DNA from: Eledone cirrhosa
Taxonomy: Eukaryota
DNA: 64,000 nucleotides
Assembly: GCA_964016885.1 (NCBI GenBank)
Contig: OZ024745.1
Coordinates: forward strand, 44,268,001-44,332,000
Direction of reading: 5' to 3'
Below, one piece after another: positions 56,570-64,000 of the stretch; the first letter of the stretch is position 1; every line of letters starts with the position of its first letter. Under the pieces are notes generated by a model, which worked only from the letters and a program-made list of their open reading frames with translations, was not told the origin of the DNA and searched no databases. A program made the translations under genes and the position numbers.

Positions 56570-56698
56570 CTTGACTCTGTATTCCGTTTATCTTTCACCG
56601 AAAGTGATTTTTGAATGCATCTCTTCTTTCCATGATATCCGGATTACATTGAGTTCTTCATACGGATTGGACACTACCGTAAACTCTTGGTAGATTTA

Positions 56699-56793
<95 letters not shown>

Positions 56794-56905
56794 ATACATA
56801 TATATATACATATATATACATATATATACATATATAAACATATATATATACATATATATATACATATATATACATATATATATACATATATATACATATA
56901 TATAC

Positions 56906-56954
<49 letters not shown>

Positions 56955-57106
56955 CATATATATATATATACATATATTATATATACATATATATATATAT
57001 ATATACATATATATACATATATATATATACATATATACATATATATATACACATATATATATATATACACATATATATATATATACACATATATATATAC
57101 TTACAC

Positions 57107-57164
<58 letters not shown>

Positions 57165-57196
57165 ATATATATATACACATATATATATACTTACAC

Positions 57197-57227
<31 letters not shown>

Positions 57228-57284
57228 CATATATATACATATATACATATATATATACATATATACATATATATACATATATAC

Positions 57285-57315
<31 letters not shown>

Positions 57316-57316
57316 C

Positions 57317-57397
<81 letters not shown>

Positions 57398-57404
57398 TAT
57401 ATAC

Positions 57405-57451
<47 letters not shown>

Positions 57452-57492
57452 CATATATATATATACATATATATATATACATATATATATAT

Positions 57493-57529
<37 letters not shown>

Positions 57530-57723
57530 TATATACATATATATATACATACGTATATATATATATACATATATATATACATACATATATATATACATAC
57601 ATATATATATATACACACATATATATATACATACATATATATATATACATATATACATATATATATACATATATATACACACATATATATATATATACAT
57701 ATATATACACACATATATATATA

Positions 57724-58070
57724 TCATCATCATCATCATCATTTCATTTTACGTCCGCTTTTACCCTGCTTGCAAGGGTGGGACGGGAACTGATTCTGGC
57801 TTGATTTCTACAGCTGGATGCCCTTCCTAACACCAACCTCATTTACAGTGAGTGCTGGGTGCTTTTTTGCCGTGGCACCTCCACGACCACTTTGCAGTGG
57901 AATGATATGGACCCCAGTCCCTATCATCTCATTTCTACAGCTGAGTAAACTGGAGCAATGTGAAATAAAGTGTCTTGCTCAAGGAAACAACACATCACCC
58001 AGTCTGAGAATTGAACTCACAACCTTTCGATTGCAAGGCCAATGCTCTAACCACTAAGCCATGTGCCTCC
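57724..58070 (-). mobile_element. tRNA-derived SINE with CORE-like body and an RTE-derived 3' tail
   Basis: Head has A box tggcttagtgg and B box gagttcaattc, followed by ccttgagcaagacacttt. The 3' part matches the RTE 3' UTR at 52803-53065 (ctacagctggatgccc...aacaccaacctcatttacagtgagtgctgggtgc) and ends in (TGA)n. Confidence 0.88.
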
Positions 58071-58263
58071 ATATATACATATATATACACACATATATAT
58101 ATATATACATATATATACACACATATATATATATATATATACATACATATATATATATATATATACATATATATACACACATATATATATATATACATAT
58201 ATATACATATATATACATATATATACACACATATATATATATATACATATATATACACACATA

Positions 58264-58317
<54 letters not shown>

Positions 58318-58322
58318 CATAC

Positions 58323-58353
<31 letters not shown>

Positions 58354-58632
58354 CATACATATATATATATATACATACATACATATATACATATACATAC
58401 ATACATATATACATATACATACATATATATATACATATACATACATATATATATACATATACATACATATATATATACATATATATATATACATATATAT
58501 ACATATATATATACATATATATACATATATATATACATATATATACATATATATATATACATATATATACATATATATATATACATATATATACATATAT
58601 ATACATATATATATATATACACATATATATAT

Positions 58633-58664
<32 letters not shown>

Positions 58665-58678
58665 ATACGTATATATAT

Positions 58679-58717
<39 letters not shown>

Positions 58718-58942
58718 TATACATATACATATATATAAATACATACATATATATATATACATATACATATATATATATACATATATATATACATATATAT
58801 ATACATATATATATAAATATACATATATATTACACATATATATATATACATACACATATATATATATATACATACACATATATATATATATACATACACA
58901 TATATATATATACATACACATATACATATATATACACATATA

Positions 58943-58974
<32 letters not shown>

Positions 58975-59003
58975 CATATATATATATACATATATATATA
59001 TAC

Positions 59004-59100
<97 letters not shown>

Positions 59101-59208
59101 CATATATATATATATACTTAGGTTAGTAGGAGTTAGGTATTATATACCCGTGTCCCGTTAAGGTATTGGCAGCATAATAATTAGCTCTATGCTTTGGAGC
59201 AGAGCCGT

Positions 59209-60443
59209 ATATATGAGAAAGAACACAAGAGCGTCTACAACATCAAAAGATTTTTATTGGCTAACAATGTTTCTTCCTTACGTGTAACGGTAGGATTCAT
59301 CAGAGCTATAAAAGGGGTTTGATTGGTGTTATGGACTCTACCAACCAAACACCCAAGAACAAAGAGTAAAGAGCAAAAGTAGGGGACGATAAGTCTGATT
59401 TGTGGTACTACAATCGGTCAAGACAGTAACTGGCCGACAGTGTGTGTGTGTATTCTCCTTTTATCTCTCACACGCACGCACACGCAGACATGTGTGGGTG
59501 TGCGTGCGTGTGTGCATGCATGCACGCATGTGTGCGTGCATTGTATGTATGTATATTGTGTGTATATGTATATATATGTATGTGTATATATATGTATATG
59601 CATGTGTGTGTGTGTATATGTATATTGTATGCATGCGTATTATATTGTGTGTATGTGTATGTGTGACATGTATGTGAATATATGTATGTATGCGTATGAG
59701 TGTGTATGTGTAAGTGTATAATGTGTGTATGTATGTGTATATGTATGTGTATATGTATGTATACTCTTCTGTAGAAATTCTCTCTATGTGTGCTGTGTGG
59801 CATGAATTCCCCCTATAATACTCTTCTCTGAGAGGAGCACGATATGCAGAGTAACACATATGTATTGTCGAAGTTGAAACTGAGAACCACCACCCCTCCT
59901 GCTGACCTGGATGTTTACTGAGGACCAGAACACCATTCTCCGCAATATAAGAGCGAAATGCGCTTGCCGGACTATTGATGACCATAACATCACATTCCAA
60001 TGTAGTGGCAAAATACAGTGAATGATATGCACGACCAGAACACCACAGCATGCATATCCAAACAGCACAGATATGATATCAATGGGGGAATCAACTGAAA
60101 TTTTTTTGGGGGTTGAAATACATGTGGATATGTGTCTGTGTGTATCGAACACACGAACACATAAGGAGGCTCTTGACCTAAATATACCTGTCATGCCTGT
60201 CTGAATTCCTAAGGGAATTGTCGGCCAGTTACTGTCTTGACCGATTGTAGTACCACAAATCAGACTTATCGTCCCCTACTTTTGCTCTTTACTCTCTGTT
60301 CTTGGGTGTTTGGTTGGTAGAGTCCATAACACCAATCAAACCCCTTTTATAGCTCTGATGAATCCTACGGTTACACGTAAGGAAGAAACATTGTTAGCCA
60401 ATAAAAATCTTTTGATGTTGTAGACGCTCTTGTGTTCTTTTTC

Positions 60444-60448
<5 letters not shown>
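59209..60448. mobile_element. Non-coding element with ~230-bp terminal inverted repeats, each carrying a hammerhead motif
   Basis: 59209-59439 is the reverse complement of 60219-60448 with few mismatches. TA repeats at both ends. Confidence 0.85.
60345..60406 (+). ncRNA. Type I hammerhead ribozyme (mirror copy on minus strand at 59252-59313)
   Basis: ttttatagct-CTGATGA-a tcctacg gttaca cgtaagga a-GAAA-cattg-TT-agccaataaaa. Confidence 0.75.
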
Positions 60449-60506
<58 letters not shown>

Positions 60507-61200
60507 TACATAGGTAGCACAATTCGACCTTTGCACATCCGGATCAAGGAACACACTAAAACCAGGGCCTCGTCTTTCCGGAAACACATAGACAAATGCG
60601 GAAGGCCCATTGTCACAATTCTAGCGACTGAAAGAAACGTTGGCACGTTACGTATCAAGGAAGCACTTTTTATCAAACGCCTGCAACCGCAAATAAACAA
60701 TCGATTAGAGAGAAGCGAAATGAAATGGCTGGTTTAAGTTAACAAGCGATACAACAACACACACACACACAAACGAGACAACCACACACACACATTGTAG
60801 CTTTCCACCATACGAACATACTACACTGCCAATACAGATGAACAAGGCAACAACACACACACACACTCAAGCGAGACAACAACACACGCACACACACACA
60901 CACAGTAACATTTAACAAACAGGCAGAGAATGGACTGACAGCTAGCGCCATCCCACTCCCTCATTCGGCCGCTGACCTCTGTACGACCGACCCCATTTCA
61001 CGCGCACGCGCGCTCTGCCGAATACCTCAGATATTCAAATCAGCAAACAGCGAAAGACGCCTTCCGAGTTGTCCAACAGACAACCTTTTCCCCCACCCCG
61101 GAAAAAAACCCCAGTTGATGGATGTGAATCCGAAATATATAGGGACTATTAAATCTCTCCCAAGGTAACTCTCTCTTGTGTTGTTATTATTATTTTTATC
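60507..61200 (+). mobile_element. Second Penelope-like 3' fragment (GIY-YIG C-terminus 60507-60737 + 3' region)
   Basis: YIGSTIRPLHIRIKEH...FRKH...LRIKEALFIKRLQPQIN, an AC-rich UTR and a hammerhead-shaped fold at 61109-61144. Right boundary approximate. Confidence 0.82.
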
Positions 61201-61397
61201 CTTTTACTCTTCCCTTCATTCTACACATCTCACACATCTTATACACACCACGCATTTCAACGTACACCCACTTACATCTCTCTCTCCACCACCGGACCTT
61301 GTTACCCGGAGATTTACCCATTTGCATTGTCGAGGCTTCCAAACGACTTATAGATATTTACTTATTGTTCCACAATGCTTCAAGCAATGAAATATCT

Positions 61398-61995
61398 ATG
61401 CAATGAAATATCTATGATCGTCGGCAAATCACTGATGAGGGACTCATTTTATTACATGTTATCCATGTGCTACCTGCAGTATTTTTCTCTATATTTTATT
61501 ACATATATTTACCACTGCGATTCTGTGTTTTTTTCTCTCTCTCTCTTACTGTTCCCCCATTCTCTCTGTTTCTCCCCCTCTGTCATGTCAGTTAACTCTT
61601 CCTCACACTTTCACTCACTCACTGTTTCTCTTCTCTTCATTTCATCCTGTACACCACGAAGGCTATTTTTCTCTCTTCTCACATAGCCATCGCTCGTGTC
61701 GGGTCTTTTCTAAAAGCGCTCATATATTCACCTAGCTTATGCTAAACAGAATAATTTTTGAAGCTTGTTTCTTTCCCCTACGGTTAGCTATACTCTTTGT
61801 TGTTCTCCTGTCTCACTCGCTTTACGCGTTTCAATTGTCCTAATAACTTATTTGGGTTATTATTGCACCGACGTGAGGTATATGATTTTTAATGCAATGA
61901 AATATCTATGATCGTCGGCAAATCACTGATGAGGGACTCATTTTATTACATGTTATCCATGTGCTACCTGCAGTATTTTTCTCTATATTTTATTA
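61398..61995 (+). repeat. ~100-bp direct repeats (61398-61500 and 61892-61995) containing CTGATGAG, pLTR-like
   Basis: atgcaatgaaatatctatgatcgtcggcaaatcactgatgagggactc...ctctatattttatta occurs twice. The second copy runs into (TA)n. Confidence 0.8.
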
Positions 61996-62036
61996 TATAT
62001 ACATATATACATATACATATACATATATATATATAC

Positions 62037-62127
<91 letters not shown>

Positions 62128-62128
62128 C

Positions 62129-62175
<47 letters not shown>

Positions 62176-62181
62176 TATATA

Positions 62182-63314
62182 CATCATCATCATCATCAAC
62201 GTTTAACGTCCGTGTTCCACGCTTGCATGGGTTTGGACGGGGGGTAGTCCCACTTGAGGCAAGAGTGATTGTCTTGCTCGCATAGGACTGTCTGGCAGGT
62301 TTTCTACAGTTGGATGCCCTTCCTAACACCAACCACATTTACAGTGTGGGTCTGGGAGGTTTTTACCGTGTTGCCTACACGGCCACATTACAGCGTGGAC
62401 TGTGTGTTTTTTTGTCGTGACACCTACACGATCTCATTTGTTTCGGCCTGGATGGCGCGGCACCAACATAACTTTACATAGAACGGGGTGGTGTGGATGG
62501 GGTGGGGGTGGGACGGGGGTGTATTTTGTTAGAGATGCCTACTGGCTGGAGTAGGTTTTACTATATATTTAGGTAAGGCGGGTCTTCTCTGTTACTGAGT
62601 ACCGCCAAAGGTCTCGGTCCAGTGACATTGTCTTGGAGAGGTGTAAGTGTGTGAGGTCGGAGTTTATCAGCTCGTCCCAGGTTTTTCTAGGTCTGCCTAT
62701 TCCGTGGCTACCGTCTATCTTTATTGCTCTGCACTTTGTTATACAGCTATCGACTTTCATGCGCATCACGTGTCCATACCAACGTAGCCTTCTCTCGAGT
62801 AAACAACATCTGATCCCTCTTATCTCTAATTTTTTCCTTAGTTCGTTTATGCTTTGCCGTTCACGTATATTACTGTTACACATCCAGCGGAGCATGCAAG
62901 CTTCGTTCCTCTCTAGTCTGCGTATATCCTCTGCACACAATGCCCAGGTCTCACTGCCATGCAACATTGCTGTTCGTATGCAGGCATCGTACAACCTGCC
63001 TTTCATTTTTAGGGAGAACCCTTTAGCAGCTAATAGTGGTATAAGCTCTCTGAACTTTTTCCAACCAGTTCTGACTCTAGCTACTGTACTTTCAGAGCAC
63101 CCTCCCCACTGCTGATTTTATCGCCCAGGTAACGGAAGCTGTCCACTATTTCTATAGAACCCTCTGCGCAATTGAAAGAGCTAGTATTTTGTGGGCATTT
63201 GCTGCTACTTATTGCACCAGAACACCGGCCACATGTAAAATCTATGTTCTTAGTTAGCTTACCTGTGATCCCACTACATCTTTTATGCACCCATACTTTG
63301 CATTTAGGACATAA
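62182..63314 (-). mobile_element. Second 5'-truncated RTE-type LINE of a related subfamily
   Basis: [41 protein letters not shown] and GRPRKTW; (TGA)n tail; (TA)n flanks. Confidence 0.9.
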
Positions 63315-63333
63315 TACATACATATATATATAC

Positions 63334-63380
<47 letters not shown>

Positions 63381-63616
63381 CATATATATACATATATACA
63401 TATATATACATATATATATATGTATATTTATATAGCTTATAGGGTTGTGATGACCTTTCAGTCACAACACAATTTCTCTGATTATGGTTTATGGTGCCAT
63501 GAAAGATGCATTCATTCACAGAAAACTTGCCTAACAAAGGGTCAAGAAGATATTTGAGTTGTACCAAAAACATAACATCTCTAGTGCTAGTGCCACAATA
63601 AAATGCACCTGTTCAA

Positions 63617-63772
63617 CCCTTCCATTAGTAAACTGATATATAGAATATTACTTAATAAAAATTTCTCAAATAAAATTATGATGGAAGGATTTAAAATAAG
63701 TAAAAACATTTTTAAATGGTTAATTTTGTATCATAAATGCAGGTGATTTCAGACAGTTTAGTATCAAAAGGG
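63617..63772. mobile_element. Degenerate piggyBac-type MITE
   Basis: tcaa-ccctt ... aaaggg-ttaa. Confidence 0.45.
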
Positions 63773-63805
63773 TTAATATTTTAGATATACAAGTAGAAAA
63801 TGTAC

Positions 63806-63955
63806 TTTTGCAGTTGTTGCTCTTTTCAGTGGATCCATCTTGAGTAATTCTGCCATCAGGTCCAGTAAATCATCTGGTGCTGCCGTAAATATAGAACTTA
63901 GAGGATTTGGTGGAAATTCCTTGAATTGGATGTAGTCAGGAAGCTCTTTCATGTC
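63806..63955 (-). CDS. CDK7: Internal 150-nt coding exon of cyclin-dependent kinase 7 (CAK kinase, C-lobe)
   Basis: Minus strand reads tttcag|GAC...AAA|gtac, phase 0/0. It translates to DMKELPDYIQFKEFPPNPLSSIFTAAPDDLLDLMAELLKMDPLKRATTAK, closely resembling the CDK7 segment [50 protein letters not shown] as I recall it. Not in the ORF track. Confidence 0.85.
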
Positions 63956-64000
63956 CTGAAAATAGAGGTAGGAAATAATAATATTCTTGTTAACGACATT

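Noticed and set aside
57990-58070. tRNA gene
   Set aside because: A and B boxes belong to a SINE head; no full cloverleaf, and it continues into the SINE body.

Overview
Eukaryotic, AT-rich, repeat-dominated genomic DNA. It is most consistent with a coleoid cephalopod such as octopus; this is inferred from the SINE and RTE families and the very long (TA)n/(TATAC)n tracts, not proven. Most ORFs in the track are microsatellite artefacts. Host gene content is one clear minus-strand exon of a CDK7-type kinase (63806-63955) and a probable CARD-like pseudo-exon. Mobile DNA includes a nearly full-length Tx1/L1-clade LINE with intact ORF1 and ORF2 plus a truncated relative, stacked in a (GATA)n tract. 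It also includes a long RTE-type LINE cut by a 200-N gap, RTE 3' fragments with a PHD-like finger and their partner SINE, two Penelope-like (GIY-YIG) fragments, R4/Dong relics, Tc1/mariner, pogo, hAT and piggyBac MITEs, a non-autonomous Helitron and more than 20 tRNA-derived SINE copies. The main unexplained signal is a set of short, mutually dissimilar non-coding inserts in (TA)n tracts that each fold by eye into a type I hammerhead ribozyme (canonical or core-variant). Several are arranged as near-perfect fold-back palindromes (193-bp and 423-bp arms, both with 7-nt loops) or inverted repeats, so the ribozyme is present on both strands. All folds and family assignments were made by eye without tools.
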